A stretch of 63,797 bases of DNA, filler included, from Octopus bimaculoides (GCF_001194135.2; 7 parts of 7 records of this genome joined end to end with filler, not necessarily neighbours in it); one strand, 5' to 3'. Shown: positions 1 to 12,450, numbered from the whole stretch's first letter. Program-made: numbers and translations. Notes: generated from the letters alone by a model not told the origin.

Positions 1-16
1 TATATATATATTTATA

Positions 17-341
17 GTCGCAGGAGTGGCTGTGCAGTAAGTAGCTTGCTTACCAACCACATGGTACTGGATTCAGTCCCACTGTGTGGCACCTTGGGCA
101 AGTGTCTTCTACCATAGCCTCGGGCCGACCAAAGCCTTGTTTGTGTGTCTGTTTGCCCACCAACATCGCTTGACAACCGATGTTGGTGTGTTTACGTCCC
201 CGTAACCTAGCAGTTCAACAAAAGAGATCGATAGAATAAGTACTAGGCTTACAAAGAATAAGTCCTGAGGTCGATTTGCTTGACTAAAGGCGATGCTCCA
301 GCATGGGCGCAGTCAAATGACTGAAACAAGTAAAAGAGTAA
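17..341 (+). mobile_element. SINE family A (tRNA-like head, CORE-like TTGGGCAAGTGTCTT segment), middle deleted
   Basis: Head GGAGTGGCTGTGCAGTAAGTAGCTTGC...GGATTCAGTCCC and tail CAGTCAAATGACTGAAACAAGTAAAAGAG recur at more than 10 other sites in the window. Confidence 0.85.
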
Positions 342-356
342 TATATATATATATAG

Positions 357-689
357 ATGGGTGGTAGCGAATACTCGGGTCGATCCCGATCTCGGAACCA
401 GGCGTCTCACATGGCTGGTCATTTGTCCGGCTCAGGCAAGGCCAACAGCAACTACCCGAACTCCGTCCAGTACCCGGGCTCTGACACTTCGCACTCTACA
501 AAGCTGAACTCTTCCTCTCCATCATCATCGCCGTCATCATTGTTACTTGTCTTCGTCAGTTTTTCCATCCTTCTACGCCTCATTCCACTCCTCCTCGACC
601 AACAACAACAACAGCAGCAGCAACGGCAACAACAACAACATGTCCACCCCCGTCCCCTCGGCTGTCTCTGCGGAGAATTCCAGTTCTGA
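357..689 (+). CDS. candidate coding exon: Ser-rich linker, hydrophobic stretch LLLVFVSFSILLRLIPLLL, poly-Gln
   Basis: GC-rich island with many C-ending codons in this frame (GGC, AAC, TAC, TCC); non-repetitive first half; no family recognised; an assembly gap follows at 734. Confidence 0.35.
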   Translation: MGGSEYSGRSRSRNQASHMAGHLSGSGKANSNYPNSVQYPGSDTSHSTKLNSSSPSSSPSSLLLVFVSFSILLRLIPLLLDQQQQQQQQRQQQQHVHPRPLGCLCGEFQF

Positions 690-1522
690 CGCCAATGACG
701 ACGACATGCAGCCGGTGTTACAGATTCTCTCGGNNNNNNNNNNNNNNNNNNNNNNNNNNNNNNNNNNNNNNNNNNNNNNNNNNNNNNNNNNNNNNNNNNN
801 NNNNNNNNNNNNNNNNNNNNNNNNNNNNNNNNNNNNNNNNNNNNNNNNNNNNNNNNNNNNNNNNNNNNNNNNNNNNNNNNNNNNNNNNNNNNNNNNNNNN
901 NNNNNNNNNNNNNNNNNNNNNNNNNNNNNNNNNNNNNNNNNNNNNNNNNNNNNNNNNNNNNNNNNNNNNNNNNNNNNNNNNNNNNNNNNNNNNNNNNNNN
1001 NNNNNNNNNNNNNNNNNNNNNNNNNNNNNNNNNNNNNNNNNNNNNNNNNNNNNNNNNNNNNNNNNNNNNNNNNNNNNNNNNNNNNNNNNNNNNNNNNNNN
1101 NNNNNNNNNNNNNNNNNNNNNNNNNNNNNNNNNNNNNNNNNNNNNNNNNNNNNNNNNNNNNNNNNNNNNNNNNNNNNNNNNNNNNNNNNNNNNNNNNNNN
1201 NNNNNNNNNNNNNNNNNNNNNNNNNNNNNNNNNNNNNNNNNNNNNNNNNNNNNNNNNNNNNNNNNNNNNNNNNNNNNNNNNNNNNNNNNNNNNNNNNNNN
1301 NNNNNNNNNNNNNNNNNNNNNNNNNNNNNNNNNNNNNNNNNNNNNNNNNNNNNNNNNNNNNNNNNNNNNNNNNNNNNNNNNNGGTGAGGTTATAGGAGCA
1401 TTTGCAGGGCATGCAGTGATGTTCGGAGGAAATTGAGGGTGTGTGGGTGACACTGGTGTGCCGTAATGCAGTGTTGGTCACCATACCTCGAGTGTGCATT
1501 TCTAGTATGGTGTGATGAGGTC

Positions 1523-1917
1523 TTGGGATCAAATGAGGGGTGTGCAGGTTTAGCGTGGTATAGTTGCCGGGTTACTGTGTCTGGCGTGTGGAACAGGTTT
1601 GGGATCAAATGAGGGGTGTGTGGGTTTAGCGTGGTATAGTTGTTGGGTTACTGTGTCTGGTGTGTGGAGCAGGCTTGGGATCAAATGAGGGGTGTGCAGG
1701 TTTAGCGTGGTATAGTTGCCGGGTTACTGTATCTGGCATGTGGGGCAGTCTTGGGATCAAATGAGGGGTGTGCAGGTTTAGCGTGGTATAGTTGCCGGGT
1801 TACTGTGTCTGGCGTGTGGAGCAGACTTGGGATCAAATGAGGGGTGTGTGGGTTTAGCGTGGTATAGTTGCTGGGTTACTGTGTCTGGCGTGTGGAGCAG
1901 TCTTGGGATCAAATGAA
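1523..1917. repeat. 76-bp minisatellite, 5 full units plus a partial sixth
   Basis: TTGGGATCAAATGA starts at 1523, 1599, 1675, 1751, 1827 and 1903 (period exactly 76). Confidence 0.95.
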
Positions 1918-2030
1918 GGGTACACGTGTCTGTGGAGTGCTCAGCCACTTGCACGTTAATTTCACGAGCAGGCTGTTCCGTTGATCAGATCAAATGGAAC
2001 CTTCAACGTCGTAAGCGACGGAGTGCCAAC
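1917..2030 (+). mobile_element. 3' fragment of SINE family C
   Basis: GGGTACACGTGTCTGTGGAGTGCTCAGCCACTT...GACGGAGTGCC matches 38270-38380 and about 50280-50375. Confidence 0.85.
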
Positions 2031-2285
2031 ACACAACACGCACTACATCGGGGGTGTGTAACGACAGGTTTCGGGATCAAATAGTTTACTGTGTTAGGGG
2101 TGCACAATGACAGTGAGGTATGGTGTAGTAATAGTCTTGTGTGCAAACATGATGCGATGCTTAGTAATCCTATCTAGGGTGTGGTGCAGTCTTACCCCAG
2201 TAATCTTATCTATTCAATGAAAAAATAATTAAAAAAAAATTCATATGTTAAAATTTCAAAACAAATTATAATCTAGAATTAAAAT

Positions 2286-2932
2286 GTTGATGCCAGTGCC
2301 GCTGGACTGGCTCCTGTGCAGGTGGCACGTNNNNNNNNNNNNNNNNNNNNNNNNNNNNNNNNNNNNNNNNNNNNNNNNNNNNNNNNNNNNNNNNNNNNNN
2401 NNNNNNNNNNNNNNNNNNNNNNNNNNNNNNNNNNNNNNNNNNNNNNNNNNNNNNNNNNNNNNNNNNNNNNNNNNNNNNNNNNNNNNNNNNNNNNNNNNNN
2501 NNNNNNNNNNNNNNNNNNNNNNNNNNNNNNNNNNNNNNNNNNNNNNNNNNNNNNNNNNNNNNNNNNNNNNNNNNNNNNNNNNNNNNNNNNNNNNNNNNNN
2601 NNNNNNNNNNNNNNNNNNNNNNNTCCAACCCATGCTAGCATGGAAAGCGGACGTTAAACGATGATGATGATGATGATGATATATATATATATATATATAT
2701 ATCGTTGCCAGTACCGCCTGACTGGCCTTCATGCCGGTGGCACGTAAAAGCACCCACTACACTCTCGGAGTGGTTGGCGTTAGGAAGGGCATCCAACTGT
2801 AGAAACTCTGCCAAATCAGTTTGGAGCCTGGTGTAGCCTGGTGTAGCCATCTGGTTTCATCAGTCCTCAGTCAAATCGTCCAACCCATGCTAGCATGGAA
2901 AGCGGACATTAAACGATGATGATGATGATGAT

Positions 2933-2935
<3 letters not shown>
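2286..2935 (+). mobile_element. two tandem RTE-LINE 3'-end modules ending CCCATGCTAGCATGGAAAGCGGACRTTAAAC(GAT)n
   Basis: Reverse complement of the 3' end of the RTE at 14546-14830; tails near 2625-2680 and 2880-2935; gap inside. Confidence 0.75.
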
Positions 2936-2964
<29 letters not shown>

Positions 2965-2984
2965 TAGATCATCATCGTCATCAT

Positions 2985-3760
2985 CATCATCATCATCATC
3001 ATCATTATGTTTTCCATGTCGGCATGAGCTGGACAGTTTGGGAGGAGCAAGTTACACTAGGGGCTGCATCAAGCTCTGCTGTCTGCTCTGGCATAGCTTC
3101 TATGGCTGGATGTGCTGTCTAACGCCAACTACTCCACAGTGTTCTGGGTGCTTTTTACATGGCAACAGCACCAGAGATTTTAATGCTGCAAAGCATGAGT
3201 ACTTTTCATGTGGCACCAGCACCAATGCTTTTTTACATGGTATCAGGGCTGGTACTTTTTTACATGGCGTCAGCACAAATATCAATTCTGCTGTAGTGTA
3301 TGGGTCTTCTTGAATACAACAAGGTGCCATATGTTTTGGTCCTTTGCCATCTCCTTAGTAAGGCTCAGTGTTTGGAGATCAGCCTTCAGTACTTTTGTCC
3401 CATGTCTCCTAGGGTCTCTTTCTTCCACAAGTTCCACCCATTTTAAGTGATTGACACCTCTCTATGCCACTGTCCATATCCATATACATCACATGACCAA
3501 ACCAGCAGTTTCCTCCTTTGTGCACTGCATTCAATTCCTCTTATGCCTAACTTTTCTCTCAATGCACTAGCGCTCTGTTGTGCATTGTACACCGACACTG
3601 TACATCCAGCAGAACATACTAGCCTCATTCCTCTCTAGTCTTTACATATTTTCTGCATTCTGGGCTCACATCTCACTACCACTTAGCATTGCTGTTCGCA
3701 TACGTGGATCATACAATCTTCCTTTCACCCTTTCTGTGCTACCAGCCCTTGCCTTTTCTT
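2985..3760 (-). mobile_element. decayed RTE LINE, C-terminal coding region plus 3' UTR
   Basis: Translation SALREKLGIRGIECSAQRRKL parallels SILREKLNLRSISCGVQERRL in the 15360-15668 copy; (GAT)n tail. Confidence 0.75.
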
Positions 3761-4821
3761 GTCTGAACTGCTTCTATTATGCTGTGCAACAAAATTTTCG
3801 TTTTTTTTTTGTCTTTGGTTAGTAAATGTTATTTCTTATTTGCTTCTGTCTAGAAATCAAAGGAAATGACTACTATTCCCTTCAAACTTTGATTTTCTGA
3901 CCTGGACACCAATGTTTTGAAACTGACCTATTTTCCATTACATGTCAGATAGATTTTGTGCTGAGATGCTGAAGCAGAAATATCATTATAGCAAATATTC
4001 TACTCAATACTACAGATTTGCTTGTCATTTGCCTGACCTTAACCACTTGAGCATGTCCCTTAGTGGCTAAGAATATGAGCATCAGTGATCATGAGTTGGA
4101 GTAGTGGGAGAGCATCACAGCCATGTGTTGAGAGGGATTCTTATGGGTTTGAATGAATATAACAAAAGTAAAGTTTGAAGGAAATGTTAGCCATTTTACA
4201 TACTTTCTAGGGATAAGCAAACAGGAAATAACAGTTGCTACCCAAGAACAAAATTCGTGTTACACAGTGTTATCTCACCTAACCTTACCTCTGGCCACCT
4301 CTGCTAATGCTCTTCCCAACTCCATCTCAATAACCCTGCCTTTCTCATAATACTCTTGGACCTTTCCCCCATCCCATATGATCCTTTCTCATATGCCCCT
4401 CTTTAGTCATCTGAGCAAATGTACACACCCTAGTTCTTGAGTAGTCTTGACACACTTACCTCACTCACCAACCCATTTCTTACTCTCTTTTTTATTCCTC
4501 AGCTCACTCTACACAAATTCCAAAGTACTCCCTACATTTACTGTGTACAAGACAAGCCCAATTCCAAGTTTGCATAAGAATCGAAAACCTCACAACCCCA
4601 CTACACTCACTATAAGTGATGAACAAGACAACCTCTCTAGTACCACTGCCACAGAAATGTACCCTGTTCACACTGTAAAGTGGTTAACAATAAAATAATG
4701 AGCTACAGAAACAAAAAGCAAATGAAATGCATGAACATCAGTCCATCAAAGCAGTGGCTCCCAATGAGGAATGACTGAAATCCTGTGTCAGTACAGGAAG
4801 CAAGAGTTAAATGATGACTGT

Positions 4822-5065
4822 TCTTTTATCTTTTACTTGTTTCAATCAGTGGACTGTGGCCATGCTGGGGCACCAGTTTGAGGAATTTTTAGGCAAATGA
4901 ATCAACCTCAATACTTAATTTTTTTAAACCTGTTACTTATTGTATCGCCTCTTTTGCCAAACTGCTAAGTTACAAGGAAGTAAATACACCAATGTCAGTT
5001 GTCAAGTGATGGTGAGGGACAAGCACAAGCACAAACACTCATACAGACACACACATATGCACATA

Positions 5066-5162
<97 letters not shown>

Positions 5163-5308
5163 CGGGCTTCTTTCAGTTTCCGTCTACCAAATCCACTCAC
5201 AAGGCTTTGGTCGGCCCAAGGCTATAGTAGAAGACACTTGCCCAAAGTAGGACTGAACCTGTAACCATGTTGTTGGGAAGTAAGTTTCTTACCACACAGC
5301 TACACCTG
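4822..5308 (-). mobile_element. SINE family A, full length with internal (CA)n
   Basis: Head near 5308, tail near 4830, long (CA)n at the family's internal microsatellite position. Confidence 0.85.
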
Positions 5309-5314
5309 ATGATG

Positions 5315-5367
<53 letters not shown>

Positions 5368-5511
5368 TGTGTGTGTGTGTGCATGTCTGTGTGTGTGTGT
5401 GTGTGTGTGGTGTGCAAAGAACCCAGTCCCACAATATCTGTCCTCTTTTTCAAGATGACATGATGTGATTTGAGGGAGATTTGGCTATTATTTCTAGCAC
5501 TGTCAACAACC

Positions 5512-5700
5512 TTATAGAGGCTCCCTCATTGCCTCATGTCGGTGATTGACTGAGATGTTTTGTTCTGCCTTGTGAATGGTGCCTGCAAATAAGATTTCTT
5601 TGAAATGTCTTGTTTCATTTACATACACAACAATTAAGCAATCAATATAACCAAACACCTCAAGCCTCTCCCACACTGAAAATATAAAGAAATCAAGGTA
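5512..5700 (-). pseudogene. possible Penelope GIY-YIG endonuclease relic
   Basis: GYIDCLIVVYVNETRHFKE loosely resembles IYxIxCxxC..YIGET; a single weak motif only. Confidence 0.25.
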
Positions 5701-5999
5701 TATCATTCTTTACAATTCTATTTGTCAGCTAAGCATTTTCCCATAGTCACATTTATACTTCTATTATTGCGTATTATTTTAGAATTATCTGCGCTTTTCC
5801 TTTCTAACCATTTTTCTGTATAAACTATTGATTTCCTGAATCAGCAGACAAGCAAGAAGCTAAAGTCACTGGAATATAATCCTCAATACACATCTGGTAC
5901 TTAACTGATTTACTCCCCACCAATCTTGACATTATGAACAACAAAATTGCCTACCTCTGCATGTATATGATAGACAGATAGATAGTTAGATACATACAT

Positions 6000-6228
6000 A
6001 TTTCTTTATTGCCCACAGAGGGCTAAACATAGAAGGGACAAACAAGGACAGACAAAGGGTTTAAGTCGATTACATCGACCCCAATGTGTAACTGATACTT
6101 AATTTATTGACCCCGAAAGGATGAAAGGCAAAGTCGACGTCAGTGGAATTTGATCTCAGAACGTAAAGACAGATGAAATATCGCTAAGCATTTCACCTGG
6201 CATGCTAACAATTCTGCCATGTCACCAC
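6000..6228 (-). mobile_element. SINE family B (tail type 1)
   Basis: Reverse complement of GGCAGAA...GTTAGCA...TTCTGAGTTCAAATTCC...GTCGACTTTGCCTTTCATCC...CAATAAAGAAA. Confidence 0.85.
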
Positions 6229-6274
6229 CTTTACATACATGCATGCATGCATACATACATACATAATACATACA

Positions 6275-6450
6275 TGATGGCCGTCCACTCGTGACCAAGG
6301 AAGACCATTGCTGACCTTCAGGAACACCGTGCGCTCTAGGACTAACTTATATTTTGCATTTGCAGTTCCTTTGGTGGGTAATGAGCCCTGCTCTTGACAA
6401 GCATATACGACTGTAAACATTGCAGATCAAGCTTTCCCCATTCGCTATAC
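6275..6450 (-). mobile_element. 3' end of an RTE-1/BovB-type LINE with C-terminal zinc-finger-like motif
   Basis: Minus translation LICNVYSRICLSRAGLITHQRNC resembles the CxxC...R.GL..H C-terminal motif of RTE-1 ORFs. Confidence 0.5.
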
Positions 6451-7259
6451 AATCCGTGTGCTTTGAACTCAGAATGTAAAGACATGAAATATCGCTAAGC
6501 ATTTCGCCTGGCATGCTAACGATTCTGCCAGCTAGCTGCCTTTACATACATGCATGCATACATACATACATAATACATACATACATGCATAATACATACA
6601 TACATACATACATACATGCGTACATACATACATACATACATACATACATACATACATACATACATGGATAAATAAATTTTTTTTTTTTTACTTGTTTCAG
6701 TCATTAGACTGCAGCTATGCAGCTATACCAGGCTAAAAAAAAAGTACTGGGCTGATTCCTTAGACTAGAAATTCTTCAAGACAGCTGAAAGTGTAATGCC
6801 CTCCACCATTACTACCAACTCTTCCTAAAGCAGTCCTTTCTCATATAACTTGTGGGAACACTAAAACAAACATACACCCACCTCTTTCCTCTGATTCAGG
6901 TCTCATGAAGTCAAAGGCCCCATCTCATCAGGAGATGAAGTTCTGATGAAATCACCCCAAAATGCGTTTGTCAGAGATAAGAAGAAATAGAAGTTGCTCC
7001 AAATTGAAGATGATGTGACATGATGGAAATATAGAAATCAACTATAACTGCTATTCGACTTAACTGTTGTTCAGAACTGCAGCATCAAATTGATTGAGGA
7101 AGAAATCAAAACAAAAACATTCCGATAAGTAAGGAGGGTTTCACCAAATTTCTCTTGAAAATACCCTCAGACAGATTACTTATATAGACTAATTCTTGTA
7201 CATATCTTGTCTGAAAAGAAAAATATCATCAGGACATTGGAGTATTTTGGTAAATGCTC

Positions 7260-8520
7260 CAACAAATGTTTATTAAAGTTTAGAAGCTGGGTCAGTAGCT
7301 CAATAATCTCAGGTCACTGGATATAAATGTAGCAGCCAATAGTGAGACAAGGATTTCTGGAGCGCACTCCTTGATACCTATTTTCAATGATCACAAGGTT
7401 TTTCTCATCTTGCTGTCTGTTAGGCTTGGAGGGTGGAGTGTCAGTACTATTCTGGAAATCCTTGAACTTTGATATACAAGCAATCTTCCTGGGCCCAGAT
7501 GGTAAGCTAGTGGTCCTGGATGTGAACAGCAGGAAAGGTGGTGCATTCAGACTGTTGGCTCTATGCAGGTCAGCCTGTTCTATTCGGGTGTCGAGAGACT
7601 TTTCTCAGAACATCTCATTCTTTTGTACTTGTGGTGGTGGTGGGGTGGGGTGGGGTTCTGAAATCATATTTTTAGATGGACAAAATGACTATATGGGGCT
7701 AGCAGAAGAGGGTGCAAAAAGCCTCGAAACTTGTTCAGAAATTTATAACTGTCTCAGGTACTGACTAGATTTCCCTGATGTGCCACAGTGGGTCATTTAG
7801 AATGTATCTAGAGAGAGTATTTGTTAGATTGCAGTTAGGGACAGCACAGAGTGTCCACAGTTCAAACTAGTTGACTATACAGACCACAAATTTGTGATCT
7901 GCTCGGTTGGATGAGGTAGGACAAGTAGACAAGGGCCTGGTTACTGGAAGTTGAATGCATCCTTACTAGCACACAAAGACAATATGGACCAGATTAGGGA
8001 ACTAGTTGAGCGGCAGTTAATAGGGGCAGTCATCAACAACCAGTGGCAGGACATCTTGAAGAGGGCAATTAGAGTTGAGTCAATAGTGTTTAACAAAGAG
8101 CTAGAAATAGAAAGACATAGATTAGAGGGAGAACTAGTTAATAACCTAGCAGAGGTGATTAATAAAGTCATTAAAACCAGCATGCCAGCAACAAGAATGG
8201 CCCCTGACTGTTTTTTCGAGGTAAAATGCAAATGCTGTGTCATCAGAGCTAAGGCTCAAATGCTCAAACATGGAAGTAACTAAAGCTATCTGATACACAT
8301 GAATGGTGGAGACATGATGTGGAAACAAAACCACTGCATGGTTCCAAGCAGATGTGTGCAGCTTTCCAGCAACACTTTACATGACTGTTTAGGGATGGCC
8401 ATAGATTGGCAATGATAGGGGACTTTAATTCGTACCTCAACAGTCTGTCACAGCAACAGATGCAAGGTTTTGCAAAAAGCCAACAATGGCTGCTGACAAA
8501 CGGGAGATGACGAGTGATTG
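7260..8520 (+). pseudogene. decayed L1/Tx1-clade LINE ORF2, AP-endonuclease domain and linker
   Basis: NSETR, GVSVLFWKSL, PDGKLVVLDV, YLERVFV, YTDHKF and GPGYWKLNASLL occur in the expected order, with frameshifts and stops. Confidence 0.8.
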
Positions 8521-9395
8521 TACAAGTCACAAATTACTCAGGGTGAATGGTCTGCTCTATGAAGTCTATGAGTTCATGCCAGATTTGTTTGGTGGTCTCT
8601 TTGTTTATGTTTCTTTGTTCATGTCTACAAAACATAATATTAACTGCGCTAGTTGAGTGAAATAGTATTCTTGCTCTACACTGAAAAATCTGAAGAAATC
8701 AAAATGTACCATTCTTTCCAACCACATTTGTCAGCTAAACATTTTCCCAGAGTTACTTGCATAGTTCTTTTGTCATCTTTCAAGAATATCTCAAGTATTT
8801 TTTCCTTTCTCACCTTTTCTATATAAACTATTGATTTCTTGAATTAGCAAGCTGTCAAAGACAAGAAAAAGTGAGGCTATAGTTACTTGAATAAAATGTT
8901 CCTTTGTGTATAGCTGGTATTCTTTTGAGCAACTTTCTTTTGACGCAAATATAATATCAACCCAGGTGAGATTTTAACTCTGAGCATAAGCAGATCATAA
9001 AGACTAAATTTTTGTGTGTTTAGTTGCTAACATAGGCAGGTATGTGTAGGTCTGTGTGTGTCTGTGGGTGTGTGAATGTGTGCAAGTTTAGGGGTGTAGT
9101 GGCATGGGATAGCGTGGGAGGAGGATATGTAGGTGTAATCATATTGCATGAGAGGAAGGTGTGGAAAGGAAAAGGGTGTGGCAGGTACCAGAGTGAGATG
9201 AAAGGGAAGGTAAGAGGAATGTGGTATTTATGAAGAAACCCTGATATTAAAAAAAAGTATAAATAGTTAAAAAATATACATATATAAAAAGTAGTGAAGT
9301 GAAAACACTAGGGAAAAGTCTTGAGGTTATGTAACAGGTGCAATGTCTTAAGAAAGTAATAAAAGAAGGAAAAAAAAGGGATAAGTGAAATATAT

Positions 9396-9804
9396 AGGTG
9401 CAGGTATGGTGGTGTGGTAAGAAGCTTGCTTCTCAACAACATGGTTCCAAGTTCAGTCCTACTGTTTGGCACTTTGGGCAAGTGTCTTCTGCTATAGCCT
9501 TGGGCCAACCAAAGCCTTGTGAGTGGATTTGGTAGACAGAAACTGAAAGAAGGCGGCGAGCTGGCAGAAACGTTAGCACACCCAGCTAAATGCTTAGCGG
9601 TATTTCATCTGCCGTTACGTTCTGAGTTCAAATTTCGCCGAGGTCGATTTTGCCTTCCATCCTTTCAGAATCGATAAATTAAGTACCAGTTACGCACTGG
9701 GGTCGATGCAATTGACTTAATCCCTTTGTCTGTCCTTGTTTGTCCCCTCTATGTTTAGTCCCTTGTGGGCAATAAAGAAATAGAAACTGAAAGTAGCCTG
9801 TTGT

Positions 9805-9885
<81 letters not shown>

Positions 9886-10110
9886 CGTGTGTGTGTGTTT
9901 TGTCTGTGTTTGTCCCCCATCACCGCTTGACTGGTGTTGATGAGTTTATGTCCCTGTAACTTAGTGGTTCAGCAAAAGAGACCGATGAAATAAAGGCCAG
10001 GCTTAAAAAGGAAATAAGTACTGGGGTTGATTCATTTGATTAAAATTCCTCAAAGCAGTACCCCAGCATGGCCACAGTTTAATGAAGTAAAAGATAAAAA
10101 GATATGTATG
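9396..10110 (+). mobile_element. SINE family A interrupted by a SINE B
   Basis: A head 9396-9550; A body resumes at 9782 and continues through (GT)n to the tail. Confidence 0.85.
9552..9781 (+). mobile_element. SINE family B, full length, nested, 12-bp TSD AGAAACTGAAAG
   Basis: TSD copies at 9538-9549 and 9782-9793. Confidence 0.9.
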
Positions 10111-11344
10111 TATGTGTGTGTTTCATTTTAAATTGTTTTAACATCTTTTTCATCCATAAATCAAATGAGATTATGTTGGAGCAAAGTGAGATATTAATCT
10201 CCCAATCTAGCGCACAACTAATAGCCTGTAAATTTTAATGTGGGGAATTGACAGCAAACAACACCAAAACGAACCTTTGTTCTGGGAATATGTGAAGAAG
10301 CCCAGATTTGCTTTCATAGTGGACTGTAAGCAAATGACATCATGAGAAAAAGCCATTGTTTATGACAAATAAGTGAGAGAAATAAATCATTCATATAAAC
10401 ACACACTTGGATTCTTTTCAGTTTCCATTTGTCAAATCAACTCACAAGGCTTTGGTCAGCCCATGGTTATAGTAGAAGTAGAAGGCATTTGCTCGAGGTG
10501 CCACACAGTGGGAAATGCTGTGAAGTATTTTGCCCAGCATGCTAATGATTGTGCCAGCCCACTGCCCTAATAATNNNNNNNNNNNNNNNNNNNNNNNNNN
10601 NNNNNNNNNNNNNNNNNNNNNNNNNNNNNNNNNNNNNNNNNNNNNNNNNNNNNNNNNNNNNNNNNNNNNNNNNNNNNNNNNNNNNNNNNNNNNNNNNNNN
10701 NNNNNNNNNNNNNNNNNNNNNNNNNNNNNNNNNNNNNNNNNNNNNNNNNNNNNNNNNNNNNNNNNNNNNNNNNNNNNNNNNNNNNNNNNNNNNNNNNNNN
10801 NNNNNNNNNNNNNNNNNNNNNNNNNNNNNNNNNNNNNNNNNNNNNNNNNNNNNNNNNNNNNNNNNNNNNNNNNNNNNNNNNNNNNNNNNNNNNNNNNNNN
10901 NNNNNNNNNNNNNNNNNNNNNNNNNNNNNNNNNNNNNNNNNNNNNNNNNNNNNNNNNNNNNNNNNNNNNNNNNNNNNNNNNNNNNNNNNNNNNNNNNNNN
11001 NNNNNNNNNNNNNNNNNNNNNNNNNNNNNNNNNNNNNNNNNNNNNNNNNNNNNNNNNNNNNNNNNNNNNNNNNNNNNNNNNNNNNNNNNNNNNNNNNNNN
11101 NNNNNNNNNNNNNNNNNNNNNNNNNNNNNNNNNNNNNNNNNNATCAACGTATGGACGCTGGTTACTCTCGTTCATAGTTTACATTTAGATTTCTGAAATT
11201 TTTAATTTTTAATCACCTTTTGTTTTGAACTTGACAAAGACAGACGTACTGTCGAAATATTGTTCAACGAATAAAACATCTATACAATCGAATCGCACTC
11301 TTCATCTTAATAATAATAATAATAATAATAATAACAATAATAAT

Positions 11345-11568
11345 AATAATAATAAAATCCTTTCTACTATGAGCATAAGGCCTGAAATTTTGGGGGAGGG
11401 GACTAGTCAAATACATTGATCCCCAATGTTCCACTGGTACTTAATTTATAACCCCAAAAGGATGAAAGGCAAAGTCAACCTCAGTGGAATTTGAACTCAG
11501 AATGTGAAGATGGATGAAATATCGCTAAGCATTTCGCTTGGCATGCTAACGACTCTGCCAACTTGCTG

Positions 11569-11572
<4 letters not shown>
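11345..11572 (-). mobile_element. SINE family B (tail type 2) between (AAT)n tracts
   Basis: Family-B body; tail is the reverse complement of CCCCTCCCCAAAATTTCAGGCCTT. Confidence 0.85.
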
Positions 11573-11622
<50 letters not shown>

Positions 11623-11999
11623 TGATGATGATGATGATGATGATAATCATCGTTTATAATAATAATAATATTTGTCTGCTGTTGACGATGATAACTAGGA
11701 TATCACATGGGAGAAGAAGGTGGGTCACAGTGCATCCAGTAAGAAGCGCATTGTTGCTGGATGGGGTGTTGGTTTAGGTTGGTGTGCTTTCTTTCACATA
11801 TATTTTCTGCTCTTTTTCATAAATCTGAATTCCAAACACAACCACTGCTCTTAAATCGTTTAAACAGCTAGTGATATCAGTTAAAAATGACAAAACATGG
11901 AACTAGTTTTGATTATTTAATTCTAACATTCATAAAGAATTTAACTACCTCTTTCAATGTATAGAAGTGACTGAGCATGTTGCCTTTGCTCCTTTGCTT

Positions 12000-12450
12000 T
12001 GCCAGAGAATATCACTTAATGATTCACTTGCCCAGTGTCTTCCTCGACATGGAGCTCTTGCTGGGGTTCAGCATCTTGATTAGCCTTTTGAACATGTCAG
12101 ACTCTGCAATATGGAGTGGCAGTAAGTTGGCTACAAACAGGACCACAGTCCTTTGATCCACAGCAACCTGGGGTATGTCACTGCTAGTAGCAGTGATTGC
12201 CAAAGAAATCAGCAATGGTTTGCTGGCATGCTTTCTTGCAAGAGGGTGGTGAAAACAGACTCAATAATTCTGAAGTGCTGTTGCCGCTGTTGGAACCAGA
12301 AGAAAACCTCTTCTTGGCTCTTCCACAAGATGAGCCTACCTTGACCTTCTCAAACTGCATAAACTTGGTTGGCTGGGTCCTCTTGATGTGCTGCTTAAGG
12401 TTGTTGAGGCTTGTCATGTCCCCTTTCGTTGGCTCAGTCCTGGGCCAATG
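12000..12450 (-). pseudogene. hAT (Ac/Hermes-type) transposase N-terminal relic
   Basis: LNNLKQHIKRTQP resembles a BED-finger tail; LFVANLLPLHIAESDMFKRLIKMLNP...SRKTL resembles the following hAT DNA-binding region; frameshifted. Confidence 0.7.

Noticed and set aside
452-1532. Long ORFs containing X runs (here and at all other N gaps)
   Set aside because: They are open only because N codons are not stops.
1523-1917. Tandem tRNA genes or CRISPR (76-nt unit)
   Set aside because: No cloverleaf pairing, only a weak GATCAA likeness to a B box, and no spacers.
4610-4670. TGATGA...GAAA in a possible Penelope end
   Set aside because: Core incomplete and no convincing stems.
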